Assembly: GCA_964016885.1 (NCBI GenBank)
Contig: OZ024740.1
Span: forward strand, 400,830,001-400,894,000
DNA: 64,000 nt
Source of the DNA: Eledone cirrhosa
Taxonomy: Eukaryota
Direction of reading: 5' to 3'
In this document: one piece after another, positions 1-11,005 of the stretch
Position numbering within the stretch: the stretch's first letter is position 1
Layout: every line of letters starts with the position of its first letter
Notes under the pieces: model-generated
Told to the model about the DNA's origin: nothing
Databases searched by the model: none
Seen by the model: only the letters and a program-made list of their open reading frames with translations
Translations under genes and position numbers: made by a program

Positions 1-97
1 ATACATATATATACACATATATACATACATACGTATATATACATACATATATATATACATACATATATATATACATACATATATACATACATATATA

Positions 98-3000
98 AGT
101 TGTAGAACACCTGTTTATATGAATGATACATAAACTTTAACATATAAATACAGCGTTATTATATTATATTACATTCATAAAGAAATATACGAAGTAACGG
201 TTCTTTTTGTTCTCGATTCAAACGATTCAAGAACAACGTTTAAAACACAGTTGTAGAATTATAAACTAACTGAAAAGAAATATTACCCAAGCTGTGAATA
301 ACTTTAAATTTGATTCTGACAGAACATTGTCGAAACTTTTAAAGAAGATCATCGACTATTTTGAAAAATAAATACGAAATATTAGTGAATAGACGAACTC
401 ATCATGGCAAAAAGTACAAGTCTCCTTCGACCAAATCGCAACTACAACCGTTGTATACAGTGGAGCTACGAGCTTAACAAAGTATTATATGAAGCATACA
501 AATAATCTGAACCCCAAAAGTTCGGTTTTATTCAAAGGCTAAAAACTTTATGGAACTCCAAACACCCAGAATTAGACTTTTCTCCAAAGCATTTAAATGA
601 ACAGGCAAAACGTATCATTAGATGTAAATTGATACATCTAACGGAATTGAGTGATACTACAAATACAGCCCTTGTAGACAACCACCCCACCTCCACTGAC
701 TGACAAAGAGAATGGCCAGCTAAATCTAACAGTGAACAGCTCACCAACAATTTTGCTGAAAACCATCCCACTTCCACTGAAGAACAGCGAGAAAGGTCAG
801 CTAACTCTAGTAGTAATTGTCACCACATCAACAACGAGGCTGAAATTCATGACTCTACTGAACAAACAGAACACCAAAAACTTGTGGACACCCTACAAGT
901 GATATGGAACGATATGTTTCAAGAGATATACAGCCTTAATGTGAGTGACAGACCATACAACACCAGAATCAGTAAAGAACCCACTAAATTGGAATTGGAA
1001 GCGGTGAACGAAATAGCTGGCAATTATCTGAAGGCTATACGATCTAAAGGTGTAGAAACGACATTTGAAACGCTTAATATTTTGTTATATGTTTCAGCTG
1101 TCACATTGCTATCATATAACACACATCTAAAACCACGCAATCAAGATACAAACAGAAAGCCTGAACCAGCGTGGATACGAAATTTAAAAAGCAAAATTTT
1201 GTCCCTGAGACGAAGTATCTCACACATCGCAGTCGTTATGAAATGCAACATAGAAAGCAACTTCACACGACACCAGGAAGACCTAAAGAAAAAGTTAGAA
1301 AGACGATTTGGAGATACAAAATTTAAAACTTTGAACTCCAAATTACACCAGTTGAAACAACAACTCACAGCTACAACAGAAAGACTAAAATATAAGTCAA
1401 CAGCACATAAACGACAAGTGCTAAATAGATTGTTTGCCAGAGATCCTAAATCAGTTTATCGCAGCTTCGGTGGCAAAAGCTCAATCCCTGTAAATGACAC
1501 CCCTTCAAAAGAACAGGTTGAGAGCTACTGGAGATCTGTATGGGAAACGGATGACGGATTCAACAGACAAACTAATTGGCTAAAAGAACTGGAACAGGAC
1601 TACTGCCAATATGTCCAGACAAAACAATATGACATAGATGGATCAATACTGGAAACAGCTCTACAGAAAATGTCGAATAGGAAATCGCCAGGCCCAGACC
1701 TCATTACGGGATACTGGTTGAAGAATTTCACTTTCTATCGGCAAGATCTCATACGGCTGTTTACAGAAACCATTAAAGGCACACAAGAACTGCCCAGATG
1801 GTTATCAACTGCCACTACACTCCTCATTCCCCAAAATAGCCAAACCACCCTTGCTAAAAATTACCGCCCAATAGCCTGCCAAAACATCATGTATAAATTA
1901 TATACTGGGTGCCTTAACCTGTTCTTACAGGATCACTGTGCTACCAACAACATCATAACACCTGAGCAAGCTGGTGGAACGAGGGAGGTGTGGGGTTGCA
2001 TAGATCACCTACTAACTAACAAAATGATTCAGGAAAAAACAACAAAGAATCGCAGAAACATGACTGTGGTGTGGCTGGACTATCAAAAAGCATTTGATAG
2101 TGTACCTCATGAGTGAATTATTTGCAGTTAGCTAAAGTCCCACAACCTTTGGTAGCTGCTGTTGAACGCCTGACCAAGAACTGGTACACCAATTTGATCC
2201 TTAGAGGTGAGAAGGAGCAAGTTAAGACTGATAATATACATTACCAGAAGGGCATCTTTCAGGGTGATAGCTTGTCAGTGCTACTCTTCGTTCTCTCACT
2301 GAATCCACTATCTTACCTACTCAGGAAACAAGGTGGACAAAGAAGTGGGCCCAGAAGTATCTCCCATCTTTTCTTTGTTGATGACCTGAAGTTATATGGG
2401 CCAAATATCAATGACATCAAGAAACAATTGGACCTCATTACACAATTTTCAACCGACATCAAAATGAAATTTGGTGAGTCCAAGTGCATATTTGGCAGTA
2501 AAACGTGAAAGAGCTGTGCCCTCCTCTAGAAATCTAGAGATGAACGGCCTGACAATACAACCTCTACAGCCAGGTGACAACTACAGGATGAGAATGTCAG
2601 ATATGATGGACCCATAAATAAGGAGAGAACCAGAACTGAATACCTCAGAAGAGTAAAGAAAATATGGTCATCAGAATTGTCAGCGTACAACAAATTCATT
2701 GCCCACAATACTTATGCTGTGCCTATTCTAACGCCAACATTTGGCCTGCTGAACTGGTCATTGCAAGAACTAAGTGAGATGGATGTTAGAACTCGAAAAC
2801 TTCTCAGTGTTACTGGGAACTTTAACATCAATGGTGATGTGGATAGGCTATACTTCTCACGCAAGGAAGGTGGCCGGGGTCTAAAATCAATATTAACAAC
2901 ATATGAGACCCGGATAGTAACACTGAAGCAACACCTTCAACAGAGGAAAAAGGTTGGCAACCTTCTTGCCCAGGTTTATGAGCATGAAAAAAAAAATATC

Positions 3001-3955
3001 ATTAGAATAGCGACTGATCTGGAGGAGAGATATGGAATAAAGCCTGATAAAATCTCTCACCCAGAGAAATCGGAAGATCCTATTCAATGGTCAAACAAGA
3101 TAAAAAAATTGACCAATTTACAGAAAAAGTTGTGCATGGATACTTGAGGCGTAAAACACAGACCATAGAGGGGATAAACCACACAAAAAGCCTGGCATGG
3201 AGTTCCGACAAGTTTATGACATCACACCTTGAGGGATATCTCTATGCAATACAGGAACAAGAACTCCCTACCAAATATCTGCTGCACAAAAGAGGAGGAG
3301 CAGCAGCTGACAATAAATGTAGGCTATGTAAAACAAAGATCGAGGATGTAAGCCACATTGTTGCCAGCTGCGAAAGAATGACACCTCCCCATGAGACACG
3401 ATGGGATAGCTAGAACCATCTGGAACGCACTTCGGAAAACAAAATTAACAACAAACGAGGAAGAATATATTGAGACTGATGGCACTAAGGAATACTGGTG
3501 GAACCTGAAAATAAAAACTGCCACCAAATTAAAGCACAACCGGCCTGATATTGTTGTTTGGGACCACACATTGAAAACGTATTCTGTTGTGGAGATCAGC
3601 TGCCCACTTGATGTAAACGTTGTCAGAAAAATACAGGAGAAGGAGGACATCTACGGACCATTGATGAGTTTACAAATCCAGTATCCAAGACACACCTTTA
3701 GCTTCATACCCATCATTATTGGAGCTACGGGTTATATACCAACCCACTTAGACCAAAGTATGACTGAACTTGGATTTGCGGACAAAAAGCGCAGCTCCCT
3801 AATTCATAGTCTGCAAATGGCTGCGATAGCTGGCACCTTCAAAATTTGCAAAACATTCTTGCGATTCAAGGGATGACAATTTCTTTTCATTTACAACCTT
3901 GCCACCAGGAAGGTGGCCGGTCAAAAAAATATACTCGAAATTAAGAGAAAGAGAT
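98..3955 (+). mobile_element. Near full-length, decayed R4/Dong-clade non-LTR retrotransposon (RT + CCHC + restriction-like endonuclease)
   Basis: Flanked on both sides by (TACA/TA)n. ORF pieces give RT motifs (KSPGPDLI, NYRPIAC, WLDYQKAFDSVPH, GIFQGDSLS, HLFFVDDLKLY), a CRLC...HIVASC knuckle, RHD and RPDIVVWD...VEISCP endonuclease motifs. Confidence 0.92.
404..3876 (+). pseudogene. Disrupted single ORF of the R4/Dong-like element
   Basis: ATG at 404 is in frame with ORF 884-2116 and encodes an R4-type N-terminus (QWSYELNKVLYEAYK*SEPQKFGFIQRLKTLWNSKHPELDFSPKHLNEQAKRII). Several in-frame stops; frameshifts between ORFs 884, 2113, 2677, 3087 and 3391. Confidence 0.88.
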
Positions 3956-3975
3956 ATACATACATATATATACAC

Positions 3976-4554
3976 GGTGGCTGCCAACTCGTTTTCGAGT
4001 ACGGCCACTACTTTATATCCATGTAGGAGAACCCCTACCGATGCGCTGAACCAGTCTGACTTTTTAGTCCAGCCAGCGACTTGAAAACTCTGGTACAAAC
4101 ACTACACTTGTGACAATTATTGACACATAGTGCTGGGCCCATGGTATCATATGACGACAAGTGCAGATAGATCTCCAGATAAAAAGCAACGCCTGTGCCG
4201 TGAAGCTTTTATAGTGAGCAAAGGCACTGCACAAAGCCAGTCCCACTCTCTTAACCAAGATGATATTTACCAAAAAGAAGAACAAGTCAACATCATTGGA
4301 TACCATCAGGGTTGCAGGTGCTATATAAGAGTTTTCCTTCTCCTAGAATTCTGCCTTGACAAAGGCTAAGGAGTCATCTCTCCCGGTGATTTTGGATGGC
4401 CATTGACTCTTAAGAGCTCCTTTGCCCTTTGACAGGTTTTGTTTTTAGTCCTGCAGGATGTCCAAAGTCACCCTCCTCACCCAGAAACCTTGGTGGGGTT
4501 GCCAGTTTAGTCGCCAACGACCCGACCATGAGACAGGTTGTACTGGGATACATG

Positions 4555-4558
<4 letters not shown>
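3976..4558 (-). mobile_element. Non-autonomous bipartite RTE derivative (5' UTR joined to 3' end), copy 1
   Basis: Minus strand has the RTE-type 5' UTR motif CTAGGAGAAGGAAAACTCT followed by a C-terminal zinc-finger remnant (HKCSVCTRVFKSLAGLKS). Highly similar copy at 49724-50283. Both lie in TA/TACA tracts. Confidence 0.7.
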
Positions 4559-4585
<27 letters not shown>

Positions 4586-5462
4586 CATACATACATACAT
4601 ACATACATAAGCTGATAGAGTAACTAAAAATTGTCTTAAATAACATTATATATTTTTGGGTGGACTTAAATCTGACACGGCTAAAAATATTTTCCGTTCT
4701 TTTATGAACTCAATCTTTTGGTGGATTGTTAATATATACAATGCCATTTTTTAAACATTTCCTATATTCAAGCCTATGGCTTACCTTGAATATTTTCTCA
4801 CGGCACGTGAATTCGCAGCATTGGTAGAGGGTCGGACGCCATGCTTTCCAGCACAGAGTTATGGCCCTTTATGGTCTGAGTTCAAATCCCGCCGCGGTTA
4901 ACTTTGCCTAGTGTCTACAAATGAAATTTGACACTAGATTATCAGAAAATGTTCGTAGTTGGAACTGTTTGGAATAGCGCATGTCTGCGCCTCTCCCCCC
5001 AGAATTCCGATTACCTGGGTCTAAGAAACGCATACAAACCGTTTCCCTAAATCCTAGTTATAACACATGAAGTATTAATAAGCACCAATACAACAATGAT
5101 TCGCCAGAGTATGCGACAGCGTAGATTTGGGAATGTAGACAGATGGTGGAAAATTTTAGTTGTAAACACAGCATAAGAATATTAAAAAAAACAATAACCT
5201 CTGCCTTTCCCGTTATTTTTTTTCATTCTTTTTCTCTTTTTTCTCTATATTTCCCTGACCTTTCTTTCCTTTTGTTTCACTTGCACAATTATTTAGCAAT
5301 GTGTGTGTGAAATTCTGAAACAAACTTTGGAAGAAGCTTACGATATATATATACAAGAGGAACCTGAAATATTTTAAATTGAAGCCTAACTACGTTTGCA
5401 AAAAGGCCAGCACATGCCTACATACATGCATGTATACATACATACATACATACATACATACA

Positions 5463-5496
<34 letters not shown>

Positions 5497-5590
5497 CATA
5501 CATACATACATACATACATACATTCATACATACATACATATATACATCGATACATGCCTGTATACATAACTTTCTGCATATATCGATAAA

Positions 5591-5801
5591 GTCAAACCAC
5601 TTTGACTAAGAGACTTCATTGAAACGAGTGAAACCACTTTTACTAAGAGACTTCATTGAAACGAGTCAAACCACTTTGACTAAGAGACTTCATTGAAACG
5701 AGTCAAACCACTTTGACTAAGAGACTTCATTGAAACGAGTCAAACCTCTTTGACTAAGAGACTTCATTGAAACGAGTCAAACCTCTTTGTCTAAGAGACT
5801 T
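5591..5801. repeat. 37-bp minisatellite, about 5.7 copies
   Basis: Unit GTCAAACCACTTTGACTAAGAGACTTCATTGAAACGA starts at 5591, 5628, 5665, 5702, 5739 and 5776. No spacers. Confidence 0.95.
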
Positions 5802-6729
5802 AGATTTGTTTTGAGATCAGGTTCCATACATACATCACTGTTAAGCAAATGAAACTATTTACCTCAAGGCTTTTGGTTGACAATTGTCGATAGAAACGAA
5901 ACAAAAAAGCTTTATACTCAATTAATATTTATTAATTATTGTAGTTTGTTGCGCTCCTTTCGTTAAATACTAATGAAATCTAAACTATATAATTGTACTG
6001 AAGATCTAACATATTTTGGTTACATAACACATCAATATATTTCCTTAATTATTTCTTTTTCATTAGCATTTTTGTGAGAAGTTCTGAACATTAGAATTGT
6101 TAATGAGTTTCAATGTTAATTAATGCTGAACGATGTCTACTTGATAAACATAACAGAGAATGGTATGTTTCTCTTGTTTTATAATTATCGTCTTAATTAA
6201 TAGGCAAATTGGTAAGTGTTGTAACGTTTAAACACCAATAAATATAAAGAATAGTGTTGTGTGCAACAACGATAAAAAATAATAGTCGTGATGATTGTTT
6301 ATTTGTCATATGAGTAGCGTAGTACAAACTTTACAATGCATATAATCAAAAACCAATTTTGTGATATGCTTATGTTTTTTAGGATTTGGACGCGGTGGTA
6401 CCTTTACAGTGAAAGTTGGATGCACTGCCGAGCACACACCAATATGGCATATGAAATTATCAGATGACGCTTCCGTCAATGTTATGTACACCCCACCGAA
6501 TTGAAACACAAACAAAATTATAGTAATAAAGCAAACATTTAGAACATGTCAGCGGACGCGTTAGCATCCAGTGTGGCAAACTTCATTCGAAAACTTGAAG
6601 AAAAGATGCTAACTTTGCCGGTCAACTGTGGTTATGTCATTTAAAATATGTGGACTGAGATTTTGAGAGACACTGGACACATAATAGGAGCGGCACTGAT
6701 TTCATTACTGCACTAGGGCTTGATGAACG

Positions 6730-7031
6730 TAACCACAAGGATATGGTCCGAACATGGAAGAGCCGATCTCCCTCTGTCATCGCCTCCATCTCTCGCCCTC
6801 CCCATACCTACGTGCGGTGAGCAAATGAGGTCCCACGTGCTGGCCTCCCCACAGCCCCAGCGAACAGATGGAGAAGGCGTTTATCCGGAGCATGGTAAGG
6901 GAGATGCGCTGGAAGAGTACTTCCAACTCGCGAGGCTCACACCTGCGGCTGGCCAGCTCATCGCCTATGGTGGTGAGTAGGGGGGTAGCCCTAGGGCCAA
7001 GGACACCAGAAGTCTCCACTGCCAGTGACAT
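6730..7031 (-). mobile_element. 5'-truncated CRE-clade non-LTR retrotransposon 3' end (RLE C-terminus)
   Basis: GC-rich island. ORF 6777-7031 reads LAVETSGVLGPRATPLLTTIGDELASRRCEPRELEVLFQRISLTMLRINAFSI, matching the CRE-type ET.G.LG...QRIS...R.NA pattern. Left boundary is approximate. Confidence 0.75.
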
Positions 7032-7514
7032 ACGCCTATATTGTCTTGTCTTTCAGTCGCCTATTCATTACAAATTGAAAGAGGCAAACTAACGAGTGAT
7101 ATTCTACGGGGTTAGTAGATCCGCTTAAAATATTAGCCAAATTTCTCTACAATCGTTCTCCAGTCTTATAGAAGAAGGTAACGTTTAATGTTGTCCGTTG
7201 ATTCCTAATGTACAGAAAAGACTATGAAAAGACTTGATCAGAGATCTGTTTGCTCTATCAAATTTAAACGCGGGCTAAATAACAACTAAAATAAGATTAT
7301 CAATAAAATCCATCAGCTGCCAAATATCCAATTTGAAAACGCCAATGGTGTGGCTGATAATAAGAAAGCATGCACTGAAGCTTCAGCACCTACAGACATG
7401 TATAAATGATAATTGAGTATGTTTGTAGCTGTATATCGCCTCTTAAACTGAAATGAAATCTTATGGATGGGCGCATATATAATAATATATAATATATATA
7501 TATACACACACACG

Positions 7515-7546
<32 letters not shown>

Positions 7547-7630
7547 GAGGTTATATTTAATTTGTTGGGATACAACAAGCAAAATATTTTTATAACTGAT
7601 ATAAAGCACTCAACAAATTATTGGAGTAAA

Positions 7631-7940
7631 TATACAATTTCAAGATCCACCAGAGCAAACTATGGTGCGCTTTCATCAGATAAAATATAATATAGGTTAG
7701 TTTTATAAATATTTATTGACATACCCTTAAAAAATGCAACCATTCTGGTTGGAATCTCCTGGAGATTCCAACCAGAATGGTTGCATTTTTTAAGAGTATG
7801 TCAATAATTATTTATAAAACTAACCTATATTATATTTTATCTGATGAAAGCGCACCATAGTTTGCTCTGGTAGCCCTTGAAATATGTATAATGAAATAAA
7901 TATGGTTTTATAAATATAGTTTCCATTTGTTAATATATTG
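7631..7940. repeat. Fold-back palindrome (about 130-bp arms, 1-nt loop at 7760) of hammerhead family A
   Basis: Centre is GGTTGGAATCTCC T GGAGATTCCAACC. Each arm contains CTGATGA...GAAA. Related single copies at 39343-39518 and 50945-51128. Confidence 0.92.
7833..7898 (+). ncRNA. Minimal type I hammerhead ribozyme, family A
   Basis: TATTTTAT-CTGATGA-AAG..ACCATAG tttg CTCTGGT..CTT-GAAA-TATGTA-TA^ATGAAATA. Stem I is 8 bp; predicted AUA cleavage after 7890. Confidence 0.75.
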
Positions 7941-8234
7941 TATGTATATATATGTATATATATATAAATATATAAACGGAAAAAATGAAACGAAATTTCA
8001 TTTCCCACTCTTAGTACGGCTGTTACTTAAATATAAGTATGTACACGTACATACATATATGTATTCAGACGTACAGTAGTATGTATATATACATACATGC
8101 ACACATATATATATGTACGTAGGGATTCACCGAACATTTATTATAATGCTCGGTGTGTTTGTAAACAAACATCCCGTATTAAGCCGTAGTGTCTAGCAAC
8201 CATCGTTGCTCGTTTGTTCAACACTGACAAAGGA

Positions 8235-8277
8235 ACGCTGTACTAGTTTCAAGCTTATTAGCTATCGTCAGCAACGT
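8235..8277 (-). ncRNA. Minimal type I hammerhead ribozyme, family B unit 1
   Basis: Minus strand ACGTTG-CTGACGA-tAGCT aata AGCTt-GAAA-CTAG-TA^CAGCGT. Stem I is 6 bp; palindromic stem III ACTAGT. Confidence 0.88.
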
Positions 8278-8654
8278 ATACCTTCCTGCCAGATTTTTGA
8301 ACGTATATACTTACCTTATGGATATTAACTGCTGAGCAGCCCAATTTGCATATTGAGTGCGTTAATCAGCTGGGTGCACCGAAAACGATAAACGGAAAAA
8401 ATGAAACGAAATTTCATTTCCCACTCTTAGTACGGCTGTTACTTAAATATAAGTATGTACACGTACATACATATATGTATACAGACGTACAGTAGTATGT
8501 ATATATATATGCATACATGCACACATATTTATATGTACGTATGGATTCACCGAACATTTATTATAATGCTCGGTGTGTTTGTAAACAAACATCCCGTATT
8601 AAGCCGTAATGTCTAGCAACCATCGTTGCTCGTTTGTTCAATACTGACAAAGGA

Positions 8655-8697
8655 ACGCTGTACTAGTTTCAAGCTTATTAGCTATCGTCAGCAACGT
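8655..8697 (-). ncRNA. Minimal type I hammerhead ribozyme, family B unit 2
   Basis: Identical to 8235-8277, exactly 420 nt away. Confidence 0.88.
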
Positions 8698-8866
8698 ATA
8701 CCTTCCTGTCAGATTGTTGAACGTATATACTTACCTTATGCATATTAACGTCTGAGTAGCCCAATTTCCATATTGAGTGGGTTAATCGGCCGTGTGCACC
8801 GAAAACGATAAACGGAAAAAATGAAACGAAATTTCATTTCCCACTCTTAGTACGGCTGTTACTTAA

Positions 8867-8947
<81 letters not shown>

Positions 8948-8949
8948 GA

Positions 8950-9230
8950 ATAAAGTTAGTCCTTCATCAGTGATTTTCCAACCTTCATTGGTATTTCATC
9001 GCTTTAAAGAGCATATACCTCCGGTTGGTGCGATCAACGGTTAAAGAAAGTCGTTGGGACACGTAAATAAGGGGAACGAGCGAGACTGTAAACAATCAAA
9101 GATGGTAATGCAACGAAAAGTGAGGAAGAAGGAGTCAAATCCCAGATTTCTATGAATATAAGTTCGGTGAAATCGTGGACGAGAGAGAATAATGACCATC
9201 AAACCCTAGTCGAAATGTGAGCAAGCAAGG
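8950..9230 (-). mobile_element. Penelope pLTR-like remnant with broken hammerhead core; related to 17162-17705
   Basis: Alignable by eye with 17190-17430. Both have ATCACTGATGA(A/T)GGAC on the minus strand but no intact GAAA/stem III. Both lie between TA tracts. Confidence 0.5.
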
Positions 9231-9231
9231 A

Positions 9232-9336
<105 letters not shown>

Positions 9337-9420
9337 AATATATGATACTTTTATCCATTCTGTAAAATACAATTTTTACTGTCCTAAATAATAAGGAACC
9401 AAGTCTTAAATATATATATA

Positions 9421-9620
9421 TAACAAAGGAAGTGTGGTAAGAAACCATTTGGACCATAACGCACCAGAGAACTCGATACTTATGGTAGTAGAGTGGGTAG
9501 TAGGAAAAGAGTCAGGATTCCGACGGCTAATCTCTGGCCGTTTCGACACCTAGATCCGAAAGGATCTAGTTCGGATCTAGCTGTCGAAACGGCCGGAGCT
9601 CAGCCGTTGGGGTCCTAACT

Positions 9621-9626
<6 letters not shown>
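9421..9626. mobile_element. ~200-bp TA-anchored element with terminal fold-back (family C)
   Basis: Starts (TA)n-AAC(G/A)AAGGAAGTG and ends in a long hairpin (GGCCGTTTCGACA...TGTCGAAACGGCC). Relatives at 22097-22292, 26183-26261, 26312-26480 (inverted) and 29870-29900. Confidence 0.8.
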
Positions 9627-9656
<30 letters not shown>

Positions 9657-9704
9657 TTTTACCTGTTCCAGCCATCCGGCCTAGTCCATGCTGGGCACTA
9701 TTCT

Positions 9705-9806
<102 letters not shown>

Positions 9807-10139
9807 GACTTTCTTCCTTATTATTTAGGACAGTAAAAATTGTATATTACAAAATGGATAAAAGTATCACATCTCAAATTCATTTTAGACGCAGCTCAGT
9901 ATGAATCGAGGCTGAGGAGCAATAGGATTGTTGTATGGTATAATCCTACTTGTCTGGTTACATATATATGTGGTGTGTCATTATTGCCGTTTATACATTT
10001 TAATATATTTTCTGATTTGTATAGGCTTCTCATTTCTATATAGTCATCAATAAATCTTTAACTAGAGGTTTTGACCTTATTATCTAGTTATGATACTATT
10101 TGTGGTTTTTGTTACAATTGTAGATTAGCAAAATTAGCA

Positions 10140-10964
10140 AAATTAGTAGAGCGTCAGTCAAAATGCTTTGCAGTATTTAATTATGTCTGTTTACGTTCTG
10201 AGTTCAAATCATGCCGAGGTTAGATTTGCCTTTCATCCTTACAGGGTAGATAAAGTACGAGTAACGCATCGAGGTCGATTTAGTCGACTTTCAAATTGCT
10301 GACCTTGTGCCAAATGTAGAAATATTTATTATTATTATCATTAAGGCGGTGGATTGGCAGTATCGGTAGAGAGTCTGACGCAATGCTTTATAGCAAAGAG
10401 TTTCGGCCCTTTATTGTCTGAGGTTAACTTTGCCTTTCATCCTTACGGGATCGATAAAATAAAGTACCAGTAAATCGCTTTGATAATTGCTGGCCATGTC
10501 CCACAAGTAGAAACAATTATTATCATTAAGGGTGCTGGATTGGCAGTATCGGTTCAGCGCCGGACACCGTGTTTCGTGGCCTAGAGTTACGGCCCTTTAC
10601 GTTCTGAGTTTAAATGCCACCGGGATTAGCTTTGCTTTTCATCCTAAGCGAGGTTGATAAATAAAGCACCAGTAATGCACTTCGGTCAATTTAATCTATA
10701 GTCCCTTCCACCCAAATTTACTGGCCTTGTGCCTGAAGTAGAAACAATTATTATTATCATTAGGGGAGGTGGATTGGCAGCATCGGTAAAGCTTTGTGGT
10801 GTGGAGTTGCGGCCATTTACATTCTGAGTTTAAATTCCACTGAGATTAGCTTTACCTTTCATTCTTATGTGGTCGATAAAATAATGCATCAGTATTTCAC
10901 TGGGGCTGATTTAATCTACTTTCACCTCGCCCGAAATTGTTGGCCTCGTGCCTAAATCAGAAAC

Positions 10965-11005
<41 letters not shown>

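Larger units (their letters stand above)
7974..8870 (-). mobile_element. Head-to-tail tandem of a ~420-bp hammerhead-bearing monomer (family B, non-LTR retrozyme / Penelope pLTR-like)
   Basis: Units start at 7974, 8390 and 8810 (partial), each beginning AAACGGAAAAAATGAAACGAAATTTC. One hammerhead per unit. Bounded by (TA)n. Confidence 0.88.

Noticed and set aside
4480-4558. HDV-like ribozyme at the 5' end of the bipartite RTE element
   Set aside because: Partial P2/P4-like pairings only; I could not build the nested double pseudoknot by eye.
5591-5801. CRISPR-like array (37-bp palindromic repeat ending near ATTGAAAC)
   Set aside because: Repeats are contiguous with no spacers, there are no cas genes and the context is eukaryotic.
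8306-8317. U1 snRNA 5' end (ATACTTACCT)
   Set aside because: Only 10 nt match; downstream sequence is not U1. Treated as an antisense splice donor.
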